From positions 41,083-105,082 of the IMG/VR virus record IMGVR_UViG_3300022903_000002: a DNA stretch of 64,000 bases. One strand, given 5' to 3'. A model generated the notes under the pieces. It saw only the letters and a list, made by a program, of their open reading frames with translations. It was not told the origin of the DNA and made no database searches. The position numbers were made by a program, and so were the translations under genes. Below are positions 18,747 through 28,490 of the stretch, in pieces. Numbering within the stretch: position 1 is the stretch's first letter; each line of letters begins with the position of its first letter. This stretch comes from a virus.

Positions 18747-19651
18747 TGGCCCACATCTCCAGCATCACCAAAGTCCAGAACTCCTCCGCGACCGTCGTCA
18801 CGATCACGCTCACCGCGGCCGTCTCCGCCGGCCACACGCTGATCGGCGGGATCTGCTGGGAAGCCGCCGCCGGGACGGTCCCGACGATCTCGAGCATCGT
18901 CGACTCCCGCAGCAACACGTGGACGACCACACCCGATGACAGCGTGGTCGCGGCGACGACACTCGCGGTCGCGGTCATCCGGGCGAGGGTGACGACGGCG
19001 CTGCAGGTCGGCGACACGATCACCATCACGATCAGCGCCGCCCGTTCCAAATGGGCGATCCAGATCGACGAGTTCGATGATGTCAACGCCTCAAGCCCGA
19101 AAGACGTCGTCGCACACAACGCGCCAGGGTCCTCTACCTCCCTGGCGTCGGGTACGACAGCGACGACCGCGCAGGCCTACGAACTCCTGTACGCGGTGTT
19201 CGGTCTCGGCACGGGCCGCACGATCACGATCCCGTCAGGCTGGTCCGGCGGCGCGTCTGTTGAGACGACCGGCGGCACCGACCGTGCCCTGCAGGCCGCC
19301 TGGAAATACCAGGCCACGACCGGCGCGCAGTCGGTGACGTTGACGCTCAACACGGCATCGACCTACGGCGGGGTCATCGCCGCCTACAAAGCGACAAGCC
19401 TCGCCCCACCGCTCGGCCGCGTATCGCAGGTGAAACTGCAGGTGCCGCAGGCGACAGCACCCGCTGTGGGTCGTGTCTCCCAGGTCCGGCTCGCTGTCCC
19501 GGTAGGCGCTACCGGCGTGGTCCGCGTCGCACAGGTCAAACTCCGGGTCCCGACCCTCACCGGCCAGACGCCGTATTCGGGCATCAAAGGCGCGGTCGAC
19601 GGAGTACTCACCGACTCCGCGATCTCGACCGCGCAGAACGGAGCGGTGTGA
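18746..19651 (+). CDS. Minor tail / fibre-like protein
   Basis: T/A/S-rich; three (G)RVSQVKL-like repeats near the C-terminus. Confidence 0.6.
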   Translation: MAHISSITKVQNSSATVVTITLTAAVSAGHTLIGGICWEAAAGTVPTISSIVDSRSNTWTTTPDDSVVAATTLAVAVIRARVTTALQVGDTITITISAARSKWAIQIDEFDDVNASSPKDVVAHNAPGSSTSLASGTTATTAQAYELLYAVFGLGTGRTITIPSGWSGGASVETTGGTDRALQAAWKYQATTGAQSVTLTLNTASTYGGVIAAYKATSLAPPLGRVSQVKLQVPQATAPAVGRVSQVRLAVPVGATGVVRVAQVKLRVPTLTGQTPYSGIKGAVDGVLTDSAISTAQNGAV

Positions 19652-20091
19652 TGCGCCACCCCGGCTGGCGGCTCCGTTTCGAAACCAACCCGTTCGGCAC
19701 CATGGCCGCGTTCGCCGCAGTCGTCCTCGGCTCCCTCGGCGTGATCCTCGGTGACGGCGTGAGCCAGGGTATGACGCTCAGCTTGCATGCCACCGCGAAC
19801 GTCACCGCGCACCTGTGGGGTGCGGCGTTCGCCGTCGGCGGGATCTTGAAGCTGGTCGGCCTCTACGCGGGCCGCACGACCATCGAAACGCCAGGCCTGT
19901 GGGCGATGACCGGAGGCTATGCCTTCTATTCGATCACCGTCACTCTCGGCCTGGGCATGCACGGCCTGGCCGCAGGGATCATCTCCGGCGCGATGACGAT
20001 CGGATGCCTGATCAAAACCCACATCATCATGGCTCGAGCGAGGCAGGTGACACGCCGCGTCGAGGCGACCGGAGGCGATGAGGAGGCGTGA
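19648..20091 (+). CDS. Multi-TM membrane protein (lysis region)
   Basis: About four hydrophobic segments; coupled to neighbouring genes. Confidence 0.6.
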   Translation: MMRHPGWRLRFETNPFGTMAAFAAVVLGSLGVILGDGVSQGMTLSLHATANVTAHLWGAAFAVGGILKLVGLYAGRTTIETPGLWAMTGGYAFYSITVTLGLGMHGLAAGIISGAMTIGCLIKTHIIMARARQVTRRVEATGGDEEA

Positions 20092-20432
20092 GCGTGCACA
20101 CATCAGATGTGATCGTCTCAATCGCTCAGGTCGCCGCAGGAGGCACGATCGTCCAAGGCGTACTGGCGTTCTTCCGCCGCCGTACAGAACTACGGCAGCT
20201 CGACACTCAGTCCGACAGCGTCATCGTCGGGACCGCCGAACACGTCGTGGTTTTGCTGCGGACCGAACTCGACGCCGCGAAGGACGAGATCAAAAAGCTC
20301 AAAGCGGATCACGCCAGTGAACGCGCGGATATGCAGCGTCAACTCACGCGCCTCGGAGACCAGATCTCAACGGTCCGCGCGGAGAACGTGGTGATGAAAG
20401 CGGAGATAGAGCGCCTGCAAAAAGAAGCATGA
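20088..20432 (+). CDS. Membrane-anchored coiled-coil protein (lysis region)
   Basis: N-terminal hydrophobic helix followed by a coiled coil. Confidence 0.6.
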   Translation: MSVHTSDVIVSIAQVAAGGTIVQGVLAFFRRRTELRQLDTQSDSVIVGTAEHVVVLLRTELDAAKDEIKKLKADHASERADMQRQLTRLGDQISTVRAENVVMKAEIERLQKEA

Positions 20433-20460
20433 CATGCCATTGCTCGGTTAGGGGCTGCTC

Positions 20461-20952
20461 GTGGCTGATCATGTCTGCTCGCTGAAGTACGACCCGGCCG
20501 TAGATGGGTCGCAGTCGATCCCGGGCGACGGCGCATACCACCTCGTCAGGTTCCCCTACGGGGGTCACGAGTCGTATGACCCGGACAACATGCACGCCCA
20601 ATCCCGCGGCGGCAGCGACCACCCGTTCAGCAGCCAACAGGCCGGGCTGATCTGGCCGGCGCTCCCATCTGGCAGATCAGCGTGGGCCGAGATCAAAGCG
20701 ATGATCCAGTGGAAGCCAGGGAACGCGACCGAGTACCGAGACCGGTTCACCCGCGACCCGCTGAACCTGTCGACCGGAGCGGACTCCACCTGCACTGAAC
20801 ACCGTCCACCATCGCCGGGCATGCAGTGCTTCGCGAAGGCCTGGGCGATGTGGATGTCCCCAGAGACCCCCCTCGGGCTGATGGTCGCCCACAACTCCTC
20901 CTCGCCGATCCGGCTTGACGTGTGCGAGTTCAAGATCTCCTACCGCACGTAA
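20461..20952 (+). CDS. Hypothetical protein
   Basis: 163-aa ORF in the late operon. Confidence 0.6.
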   Translation: MADHVCSLKYDPAVDGSQSIPGDGAYHLVRFPYGGHESYDPDNMHAQSRGGSDHPFSSQQAGLIWPALPSGRSAWAEIKAMIQWKPGNATEYRDRFTRDPLNLSTGADSTCTEHRPPSPGMQCFAKAWAMWMSPETPLGLMVAHNSSSPIRLDVCEFKISYRT

Positions 20953-20972
20953 ACCCCCGAACCATCCCACCG

Positions 20973-21000
20973 AAGCCTCAGGCACCCGCCTGGGGCTTTT
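20973..21000 (+). terminator. Intrinsic terminator-like hairpin
   Basis: AAGCCTCAGGC-accc-GCCTGGGGCTT followed by TT. Confidence 0.6.
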
Positions 21001-21019
21001 CGCATTGAGAGGGGCGACC

Positions 21020-21904
21020 ATGCCCGATCAGGACGTCGAAGAGTTCGTTCCGCCGCCGGCAGGGGAGACGGTCCCGCCGCCCGGCCCGTCTGACCGCGGC
21101 GCACCCGACCTCCCGGACCCGCCCGATGACGGCGTCGAGTACGTCGACCCGCTCGCACACGAGGAGGGGGACCGCCGGAAGCTGACCGCTGCGGCGACAG
21201 CACCGACGGGTTCGCAGGTGCTGGCGTATGCCCGCACATTCAAGGGCGTCGCGGACGGCCGACGGCGGGAGAACGAGAACGACTTCACCCACTGGTACTA
21301 CGGCAACTCCACCGCCGCATCGTTCTGCCTGATCTTCATCTGTTACGTCTTCAACCACTTCGACGTGCTCGTGACGTTCCTGGGCGGGAAGATCGCGTAC
21401 TGCCCGGACGTGAAGAAGCGCGTCGGCTCCAAGTTCCACACCACCAGATCCGACATCCGGCCGGGCGACCCGGTCCTGTTCGACTTCAACAACACGAACG
21501 AGCCCGAGCATGTCGGCCTGTTCGTGAAGTGGCTGAACGACTCCCACACCATGTTCGAGTCGTTCGAGGCGAACACGACCGGCGGTGGCAGCAGCGACTG
21601 GATTGGCGCCAAGACCCGCTACTGGTCGGACGTGTTCGGCTACGTCAAGCCTGGTCTCGCCCCGGAGAACCCCAATGCGTACCCCGGCAAGATCTACCGG
21701 TATGTCAAGGGTGACCTGATGCACGATGACCACATCGAGTGGGCGCAGGGCCGCCTCAACGCGAAGGGCGCATCGCCGAAGCTTGTCGCGGACGGCGTGT
21801 ACGGCACGAAGACCCGCGACGAGGTTAGCGATTTCCAGTCCGCGAACGGACTCACGAAGGACGGGGAAATCGGCCCGAAGACCTGGGCGAAGCTCGGGGC
21901 CTAA
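21020..21904 (+). CDS. Endolysin: CHAP domain plus PG-binding domain
   Basis: FC..F, PGD.VLFDF, HVGL, EANT; C-terminal ADG.YG..T....FQ...GL..DG.IGPKTW. Confidence 0.85.
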   Translation: MPDQDVEEFVPPPAGETVPPPGPSDRGAPDLPDPPDDGVEYVDPLAHEEGDRRKLTAAATAPTGSQVLAYARTFKGVADGRRRENENDFTHWYYGNSTAASFCLIFICYVFNHFDVLVTFLGGKIAYCPDVKKRVGSKFHTTRSDIRPGDPVLFDFNNTNEPEHVGLFVKWLNDSHTMFESFEANTTGGGSSDWIGAKTRYWSDVFGYVKPGLAPENPNAYPGKIYRYVKGDLMHDDHIEWAQGRLNAKGASPKLVADGVYGTKTRDEVSDFQSANGLTKDGEIGPKTWAKLGA

Positions 21905-21965
21905 CCCCCCGTTTCCTGCCCTCGCTGATTCCTGCCGGGGGCTTTCGTCGTGTCTGGAGGGCAAT

Positions 21966-22817
21966 TTGACGATCAAGTTCCAGGGCGGCCGGCTCGCACC
22001 GGACCGCAGCAAGCCGCGGCTGTTGCTGCGCCCGTTCATGGGCACTGTCACTGCGGCTCCCTCTTCGGTGGATTGGCACAGCAACGTCGCTGACTGGCCC
22101 ATGTACCTCAACGATCAGGTGGGGTCCTGCACGGAAGCGATGGTCGGCCACAACCTGCAGAACACCTCCACCTACGGCGACGGTGCGACCGTCACCATCG
22201 GCGACGATGACGTCCTAGCCGCCTACGTGCGGGTGTCCGGCTACCGCCCAGGCGACCCGTCGACCGACAACGGTGCCGTCCTGCAGAACGTGTACAACGA
22301 CTGGCGGAAGAACGGCGTCGGCGGACACCGGACCCTGGCGTTCGCTGAGGTCGATGTCTCGGATCTGAACGAGGTCAAGACCGCCGTTGCAACGTTCGGG
22401 GCCGCAGGCTTCGGCATCACTGTGACGCAGCAGATGATGACGGATTTCAACGCCGGGAAGGGCTGGACCCGTGCCGGCGACAGGAAGCTCGGCGGGCATG
22501 CGGTCGTCGCGGTCGGCTACGACGTCGACGGCGTAGACATCGTCACGTGGGCGACTGCGATCCGGATGACGTGGACGGTGTTCCAGAAGGTCTGCGAGGA
22601 AGCCTGGATAGCTGTCCTGCCCGAATGGCTCAATGATCAGTCCGGCAGGGACCCGCTGGGCGTGGACCTGCTCGGGCTCGGTGAGGCCTTCTCGGCACTC
22701 ACCGGTGAGGTGAACCCTTTCCTCCCGTCCCCAGCCGCAAGCCCGGCCCAGGCCCTTCCGCAGCGCCTGTTGACGTGGCTGATCAGACTCTTGCAGCGGC
22801 TGCTCGGGCGTGGCTGA
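21966..22817 (+). CDS. Papain-like (C1-related) cysteine peptidase
   Basis: P.SVDW, NDQVGSC, GGHAV.AVGYD, VTW; TTG start after GGAGG. Confidence 0.7.
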   Translation: MTIKFQGGRLAPDRSKPRLLLRPFMGTVTAAPSSVDWHSNVADWPMYLNDQVGSCTEAMVGHNLQNTSTYGDGATVTIGDDDVLAAYVRVSGYRPGDPSTDNGAVLQNVYNDWRKNGVGGHRTLAFAEVDVSDLNEVKTAVATFGAAGFGITVTQQMMTDFNAGKGWTRAGDRKLGGHAVVAVGYDVDGVDIVTWATAIRMTWTVFQKVCEEAWIAVLPEWLNDQSGRDPLGVDLLGLGEAFSALTGEVNPFLPSPAASPAQALPQRLLTWLIRLLQRLLGRG

Positions 22818-22887
22818 GGCTGCGCCACCTCGGCGCTAACGAATCGATGGCCAAGGAACTCATCGCGTGGATAGCGGCGAAGAATCT

Positions 22888-23121
22888 ATGAGTGAAGTGC
22901 GTCGCGTCGAGCGCGACGAGGACGGCCACCCCGTCTGGGTGCACTACTGCTCGGCCACATCACCGGGATTCGATCCGGTGGCCCGGGTGACGCTGCCGCT
23001 CGGCCCGCAGGGCTGGGAATGGACCGAAGACGGCGGGCTGACGCCGTCGATCCTGTGCCACGGCTGCGGCGCGCACGGCTTCTGGGTCGGCGGCGAGCGT
23101 CCGTACTGGCGCGCCTGCTGA
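22888..23121 (+). CDS. Small metal-binding protein (DUF6527-like)
   Basis: H.C ... LTPSILC..C..HGF..G motif. Confidence 0.5.
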   Translation: MSEVRRVERDEDGHPVWVHYCSATSPGFDPVARVTLPLGPQGWEWTEDGGLTPSILCHGCGAHGFWVGGERPYWRAC

Positions 23122-23229
23122 CAATCGGATTTCAACCCAAGCGGCTCCGGCTTACATTCCGAGCCGCCAAATGTAAGTGCCCCGGCCCGCCGTCGCGCGG
23201 GCTTCTCTCATGTAAGGGGAGGAACCTCC

Positions 23230-23574
23230 GTGAAGCACATCAGCTTTTCCAAAGATCCGGCCCTGTGGCTTACGCTCGCCCTGGCGGTCGCTCAGTTCGT
23301 GTCCATGTCGCTGCACCTGTCGACGGACCAGCAGAATGCGACGTCCGTGATCGTGACGGGCGTGTACACGATCATCCTGGCGTTCACGACCCGGCCTCTG
23401 CAGGTGGGTCTGATCACCGGATCGATTGCGACGATCGCCACGGCGATGGGCGCGTACTACGTGCACATCGGCCCGGACTGGGTGTCCGCGATTAACGCCC
23501 TCGTCGTCGGGGTGCTCGGCGCGCTGACGATGCTGCGCGTGTCGCCGGCCCCGTCGTTGGCCGCCAAGCCGTAA
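23230..23574 (+). CDS. Holin
   Basis: 114 aa with about four TM segments; GGAGG RBS; end of lysis cassette. Confidence 0.75.
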   Translation: MKHISFSKDPALWLTLALAVAQFVSMSLHLSTDQQNATSVIVTGVYTIILAFTTRPLQVGLITGSIATIATAMGAYYVHIGPDWVSAINALVVGVLGALTMLRVSPAPSLAAKP

Positions 23575-23623
23575 AGACCTCCGCTGCGCGTCATCGCCTG
23601 CGCGTAGCGGAGCCCAACAAGAA

Positions 23624-23670
23624 GCCCCACCCCCTGTCGCCTTTCGCGGCGGGGGTGGGGCGGCTTTTTG
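23624..23670. terminator. Bidirectional terminator between convergent transcription units
   Basis: ~16-bp GC stem (23624-23640 / 23646-23661) with A-rich 5' flank and T-rich 3' flank. Confidence 0.75.
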
Positions 23671-23680
23671 CTGCCTGGAG

Positions 23681-24454
23681 TCAGTGCTGGTTGCGTCGCC
23701 GCCACATCAGCAGGCCCGTACCGCCGCCAAGCGCGACCACCAGACCGCCGGCGACCATCAGCGCCGTGTTCGCGCTGCCGCTGCTCGACCCGTCACCGGT
23801 CTGCGGTGCACCCGACGGAACAGTCGTGGGTGTCGACCCGCCGCCACCGCTCGGGCTCGTCGGTGTGGTGCTCGGGGTTGGTGTGGGGGAGTGGCTCGGC
23901 TTATGCGGCCTGCACCCCAGCGAGTAGACGTGCCCATCGAACGACACCGAGGTCACCAAAGCCGTGTTGCCTGCGTCGTTCGCATACCCCACCCCGAAGC
24001 TGAGAATGGTAGTGGCCGCCGTGTAGTTCCACTTCCCGACCAGGTCGGCTGGGGAACTGGCTGGCTGACCCTGACTACCCTCACCTGATGCGATCTTGCT
24101 GGACCACCACTTGCCGTCCGCGGTCTTGTTGATGGTGCTGTAGGGCGCGGTGGTTTCCAGTTTGAACAGCGGCAGCACGCCCTTAAACAGGTGCGCTTGG
24201 AATCCGCTGTTGGGCACGTGTGTCAGCGTGTACGCCGCTGCCGGTTTGTGGTGGATCAGCGACGGCCCGTCGAACAGCATGCCGCGGCGGAGCTGCTTTG
24301 GTTTCAGCGCGGTCTCGTCAGGGTTGACGTACCAGTCGGCGTTGCAGGTGCTGTGATCGCCGGTGCTGCCCGTTTGTGCACTCGCGTAGGTGGCGGGTGC
24401 TATCGCGAGCATGGCCGCGGCGACGACGCCAGCCATAGCGAGGATGCGTCTCAT
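23681..24454 (-). CDS. Secreted, sortase-anchored surface protein
   Basis: Signal peptide MRRILAMAG..ASA; P/T linker; APQTG, TM helix and RRR tail. Confidence 0.8.
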   Translation of the reverse strand: MRRILAMAGVVAAAMLAIAPATYASAQTGSTGDHSTCNADWYVNPDETALKPKQLRRGMLFDGPSLIHHKPAAAYTLTHVPNSGFQAHLFKGVLPLFKLETTAPYSTINKTADGKWWSSKIASGEGSQGQPASSPADLVGKWNYTAATTILSFGVGYANDAGNTALVTSVSFDGHVYSLGCRPHKPSHSPTPTPSTTPTSPSGGGGSTPTTVPSGAPQTGDGSSSGSANTALMVAGGLVVALGGGTGLLMWRRRNQH

Positions 24455-24716
24455 ACGACAGGTGCTCATTTCTGCGGGGAATGACGTAATGAGACGCCTG
24501 TTGCTGGTGTGGGGTTGGCGGTTGGCGCATTCAGGACACCCATGACCGATAGTCATGCGAACGTGACGGGTCGTGTCGCACCCCGTACTAAGGGAGGCGG
24601 CTGGCGGCGCGACCGGCATGAGTCCACGGTTCCAGGACGGCGGCGATACCTGGCGCTCTTTATGCTGTCCCGGACCCTATAGACCGCTAGAGAGCGCGAG
24701 ATCCGGCGCTCCGCCG

Positions 24717-25262
24717 TCAGCGTCGCCTGAGGAGACGTTCCCACCAGGTCGGAGGGACGTAGTCGAAGATGTAAGCCCCATCCTCAGTAACAGCGCCAGT
24801 CCTCGACTTCGCGTAGACCGGACCGCGATCGTCTCCAGTTACCGGCTTCATCCCTGCGATATCTGGGAGGACATTGAGCTCGGACACCTCACCGTCATAC
24901 GGTCCGCCGGACAGGAGGATACGGTATTGCTGGGCAGCGGACGCCTCATCGCCGGCCGGCTGAGGGACAGCGTGAAGCGCTGGCTTTGCCGGTTCGTTGC
25001 GAGCCGCCGCGGAGTGTTCGAATGCGAAGACGTGGGCACCGTCGGAGGTCGTCTGCCCCGTAGGGACGTAGAACAGGTTCACGCCCCTTTGCCTCGGGTG
25101 GCGCAACTGGACGATGTCAGGGAATTTGCGGATCCGCACTCGTTCGCCGTCGCACGGTCCGCCGAACAGGTGGATCCGGTACTCCTGGCCGCCGGAAGTC
25201 ATCGGTCGCTCCGTCTCTGGGCGGGTGGCGCGACACCTCAGCGCGAAGATCAGGTTCCGCAT
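24717..25262 (-). CDS. Hypothetical protein with duplicated GGPxDG domain
   Basis: YRI.L.GGP.DGE...DGA..F occurs twice. Confidence 0.6.
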   Translation of the reverse strand: MRNLIFALRCRATRPETERPMTSGGQEYRIHLFGGPCDGERVRIRKFPDIVQLRHPRQRGVNLFYVPTGQTTSDGAHVFAFEHSAAARNEPAKPALHAVPQPAGDEASAAQQYRILLSGGPYDGEVSELNVLPDIAGMKPVTGDDRGPVYAKSRTGAVTEDGAYIFDYVPPTWWERLLRRR

Positions 25263-25305
25263 GCGCCCCCTCCCGCCCTGTTCAGCGTTGTGAAGCAGGG
25301 GGGCG

Positions 25306-25479
25306 TTACGGGAGCGGCACGAACTCAGCGCCCAGCCGCCTCAGTTTCTCCGCCGCGGCCTGCTCGTCCATGCCGACGAGCCGTAGCCCCCGGCCGCGTC
25401 CGTAGGGTGCAGCGTCCACGACCTTCCCGTTCCGGATGACGATGCCGAACGTCGCGCGGGGGAGCGATACCCAAATCAT
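25306..25479 (-). CDS. Small hypothetical protein
   Basis: MIWVSLPRATFGIVI..VVDAAPY ORF. Confidence 0.55.
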   Translation of the reverse strand: MIWVSLPRATFGIVIRNGKVVDAAPYGRGRGLRLVGMDEQAAAEKLRRLGAEFVPLP

Positions 25480-25502
25480 GCGGTCAGCAGGATCGACCAG
25501 CT

Positions 25503-25745
25503 TCACGATGCGCTGTCCTCGGTGATCCCGCACGCCCCGCATGTCCACCCCGAAAGGGCGCAGTCCGACCCGCAACCATTCCAGTTACGGCACGTCGAAC
25601 ACTCTCGCCCGTTATGAAGCGCCCTCGCGGGCTGGCCGCACGTAAGGCATACGGCGACCTGGCCAGAGCCTCCACCCATCGCGCGGGGAAGGACGTTGCC
25701 GCTGTGGTCGGTCTCGTGGACGTCGCGGACCTCGAAGTTGCTCAC
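25503..25745 (-). CDS. Small Cys-rich (zinc-binding) protein
   Basis: Multiple CxxC pairs; coupled to the recombinase stop. Confidence 0.55.
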   Translation of the reverse strand: MSNFEVRDVHETDHSGNVLPRAMGGGSGQVAVCLTCGQPARALHNGRECSTCRNWNGCGSDCALSGWTCGACGITEDSAS

Positions 25746-26755
25746 GTCTCGCTCGCTTCCTGGTGGAGAGGCTCAGCCTCGCGGTCAGCCAACGTCTTTC
25801 GTCTGCGGGCCGCCAGGACGAGCCCAGGTCGCTTGTCGCGCCGGTTGCGCGCCCGGTCGTACCGACGAGTGGTCTTCGGATCCCGATGCCCCAGGGCGTC
25901 CTGTACGTCCACCAGCGGCACGCCTTCGTCCAGCGCGTGCGTGGCCATGGTGTGTCGCAGCGAGTGTGGGCCGAGCCGTTCCCACGACTTGATGCCCGCC
26001 GTGCGGGCGAGATGCCGGATCAGCCTCCAGGCATACGCCTGATCGATGCGGAAGCCGGAGACGTTCAGGAACAGAGGCTCATCTTTTGCGGGCTTGCCGC
26101 GCTCCGCGAGGTAGGCATCGAGCGCTTCGGCGGCAATCTCCTCGATATGGCGGTGCGTGATGCTGCCGCCCTTCATAGTCAGGGCGATGGTCCGCTCGCC
26201 CTCGTTCCAGCCGAGGTCTCCGATGTTGGCGGCTACCACTGAGCCGACGCGTAGGCCGGCGTAGAACAGGACGGCGATCAGGGCCGCCGAACGCTTGCAG
26301 TCAGCCTCTGCGGCGTCGAGCAGCTGGTTGAGTTCGGCTTCGCTCAGCCCGACGGCGTTAGAGACGCTCTGGTCGATCTTGGGCCGCTTCACGGCCTTGG
26401 CGGGGTTGGTCTCGATGACCTCTTCGTCGGTGAGGTACTGGTACCACGAGGACACGACGGCCAGGCGGCGGGAGATCGAAGCGGGGGAGTAGCTCACCTG
26501 CTGGAGTGCGTGCTTGTAGGCATCCACGTGAGCGCGGCGGACCTTGAGCGGGTCGAGGTCGCGCTCGGCGCACCAGGGGAGCCAGCCGGGAACCTTCATA
26601 CGTGGGGCGGTGCTCATGAGGTCGCGAGCGTAAGCGACCTTGGTGTGTTCGCTGCCCTGGGCGAGTAGCCATGCAGCGACCATCTGCCGGATCGTGTCTT
26701 CAGCATCGTTTGACCGCGCGGGAAGAGGCGCGACAGTCGGTTCGAGGGCGGTCAT
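25742..26755 (-). CDS. XerC/D-like tyrosine recombinase (putative resolvase)
   Basis: SAM-like N-terminal domain; GLR, KGG, PHSLRH, LGH..PKTT.RY catalytic motifs. Confidence 0.9.
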   Translation of the reverse strand: MTALEPTVAPLPARSNDAEDTIRQMVAAWLLAQGSEHTKVAYARDLMSTAPRMKVPGWLPWCAERDLDPLKVRRAHVDAYKHALQQVSYSPASISRRLAVVSSWYQYLTDEEVIETNPAKAVKRPKIDQSVSNAVGLSEAELNQLLDAAEADCKRSAALIAVLFYAGLRVGSVVAANIGDLGWNEGERTIALTMKGGSITHRHIEEIAAEALDAYLAERGKPAKDEPLFLNVSGFRIDQAYAWRLIRHLARTAGIKSWERLGPHSLRHTMATHALDEGVPLVDVQDALGHRDPKTTRRYDRARNRRDKRPGLVLAARRRKTLADREAEPLHQEASET

Positions 26756-27654
26756 CTCTTCCACAAGTGGACCTTCTCTCCGCCGAGCATCGGCGCTCCC
26801 TCGGGGCCTTTAACATGGGGGGCGATCCAAACCGGGCGATGAACCTCACGCTTTGGGTGCCATTGCTGTCGCCAGTGTCCCCTGACGATCCACTGGTGGT
26901 GGTATTCCCGTCCTGATGCTTCGGATTCGTCCGAGGATGTCTGGGAGCGTCGCAAGGTGATGATCCTCACGGGGGCCGCTTCAGGATCGATCCGAGCTAT
27001 ACGTTTGCGGTCAGCGCGAGAGTAGGTCGCGTCTTCAATGTTCAGGATCGACTGCTGCATCAGTGTCCAGAATGTCTTCGTGACCGCGCCGTGTTTCTGG
27101 GCGCTATCGACATCGGCTGGCTTCCCGGGTTCTTGTCCGAACGACCACCAGCCGGGGACATGTGTCTCGTGAACTAGCGGGAGCATCCGCCTTGTCGCTT
27201 CGACCAGTTTGGGATACGCGGAGATCTGGTCCGTGTAGTCCCGGCGCTCTGTCAGCCAGATCGTTTGAACACCCTGGCCTTCGAGTACAGCCCAAGCGAA
27301 CCCGTGGACTCTCTCCGTAATGGGTTCGAACACGTTTGGAGCTACTTCGACTTCGTAGTCTCGATTCCAAAGAGGTTCGGGAGTGTAGAGCAGGCCGACC
27401 ATCGAGGGAAGATCCTCTTGTTGCAGAGAGTAGTCAGGGATGGTTTTTGCAGCCTCGACCGCCAGTTGGGCCATCTGCGGAGCGACGTAGTAGAGGTCAA
27501 CGCTCACGGAGGCGAGAAGATCAGCAAACTTGATCCGCATTGCTGTAGGCGTCTCAGATGGGTAGACGTTGTCGAAGAACGCCTCGGCGCGACCGTCTCG
27601 GTACCAGGCCAAGAGGTCATGCTTGATCATCGGTAGATCGACTGCGCGGATCAT
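26752..27654 (-). CDS. Conserved phage hypothetical protein
   Basis: C-terminal HQWIVRGHWRQQW..VWIAPHVKGP motif. Confidence 0.7.
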   Translation of the reverse strand: MIRAVDLPMIKHDLLAWYRDGRAEAFFDNVYPSETPTAMRIKFADLLASVSVDLYYVAPQMAQLAVEAAKTIPDYSLQQEDLPSMVGLLYTPEPLWNRDYEVEVAPNVFEPITERVHGFAWAVLEGQGVQTIWLTERRDYTDQISAYPKLVEATRRMLPLVHETHVPGWWSFGQEPGKPADVDSAQKHGAVTKTFWTLMQQSILNIEDATYSRADRKRIARIDPEAAPVRIITLRRSQTSSDESEASGREYHHQWIVRGHWRQQWHPKREVHRPVWIAPHVKGPEGAPMLGGEKVHLWKR

Positions 27655-27681
27655 GTCTCATTCTCTCATTTCCGCAGGTCA

Positions 27682-27709
27682 GATTCAGATAAATGGAATT
27701 ATCCTTGCA
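27682..27709. other. dif/res-like tyrosine recombinase site
   Basis: gattcaGATAA-atggaa-TTATCcttgca (ATAA-N6-TTAT core) just upstream of the recombinase operon. Confidence 0.55.
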
Positions 27710-28425
27710 CTGATTAGGGGCCCCGAACCCCTGTTGAGCCGGGTTTCTGTCTGGTCGAGCATGCGTAGAAGTAGGTCCGCCAGCAGGACCGCCTCACTGG
27801 CTATCACCGGATCGTCGTAGTCGACGGCCCGGTGAGACGTCGGGTTCTTGAACAGTCCGATCGCGCCGGCGAAGAGAAACATCGCCGCTTCCTGCTCGCC
27901 GCCGTCCGCTGCCGTGTCGACCAGCGGTCCCGGGCCCTGCCGAGAGAACGCCTGCTTCATCAGTGCTACGCCCAGTGTCGAGCCAGGCAGATTAGCGAGT
28001 TCGCGTACTCGGATTTCGACTTCGCGCATAGCCGCGAAGACCGCCAACTCGTACTCACCAAGGAGGAACTGTTGCTCTACCTGCTGAGCAATCCGGGAAT
28101 GAAGGGCCATCCCGAGCCGTTCGGCTGCCGCAAGCTTGGCTATTCCGTACTTCAGTGTCTCACGACCAAGCCTGCTTACGCGGTATGCGTCTGGGGACAT
28201 CTGAGAGGGATCAGGTGTTACTAGTCCGTGTGTCATGAGCCACCCCCAACCCTCGCCGAGCGCGGCGCTGATCTCTGGGTCCTGTGCAGTGCCGTAATTC
28301 TCTGCCGCGCGCATCCAGTTCCGCCAGTTCGAACCTCTGCTAGAGGCATAGCTCTGGAGGATGAGGAGAGCCAGCGCATCGATTGGTAGGGCAAGTGTCT
28401 CTTGCTTCGAACGGTTCCAACTCAT
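27685..28425 (-). CDS. TIGR02391-family protein
   Basis: AVFAAM..VE..VR, G..LM..AF, LFAGAIGLFKNPTSHR. Confidence 0.75.
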   Translation of the reverse strand: MSWNRSKQETLALPIDALALLILQSYASSRGSNWRNWMRAAENYGTAQDPEISAALGEGWGWLMTHGLVTPDPSQMSPDAYRVSRLGRETLKYGIAKLAAAERLGMALHSRIAQQVEQQFLLGEYELAVFAAMREVEIRVRELANLPGSTLGVALMKQAFSRQGPGPLVDTAADGGEQEAAMFLFAGAIGLFKNPTSHRAVDYDDPVIASEAVLLADLLLRMLDQTETRLNRGSGPLISARIIPFI

Positions 28426-28490
28426 CCGGGCATCATCCTTGGCGGCGGGCGTGGGGGGCTAGCTTCCTCAACTTTCTAATCTCGACAAGA

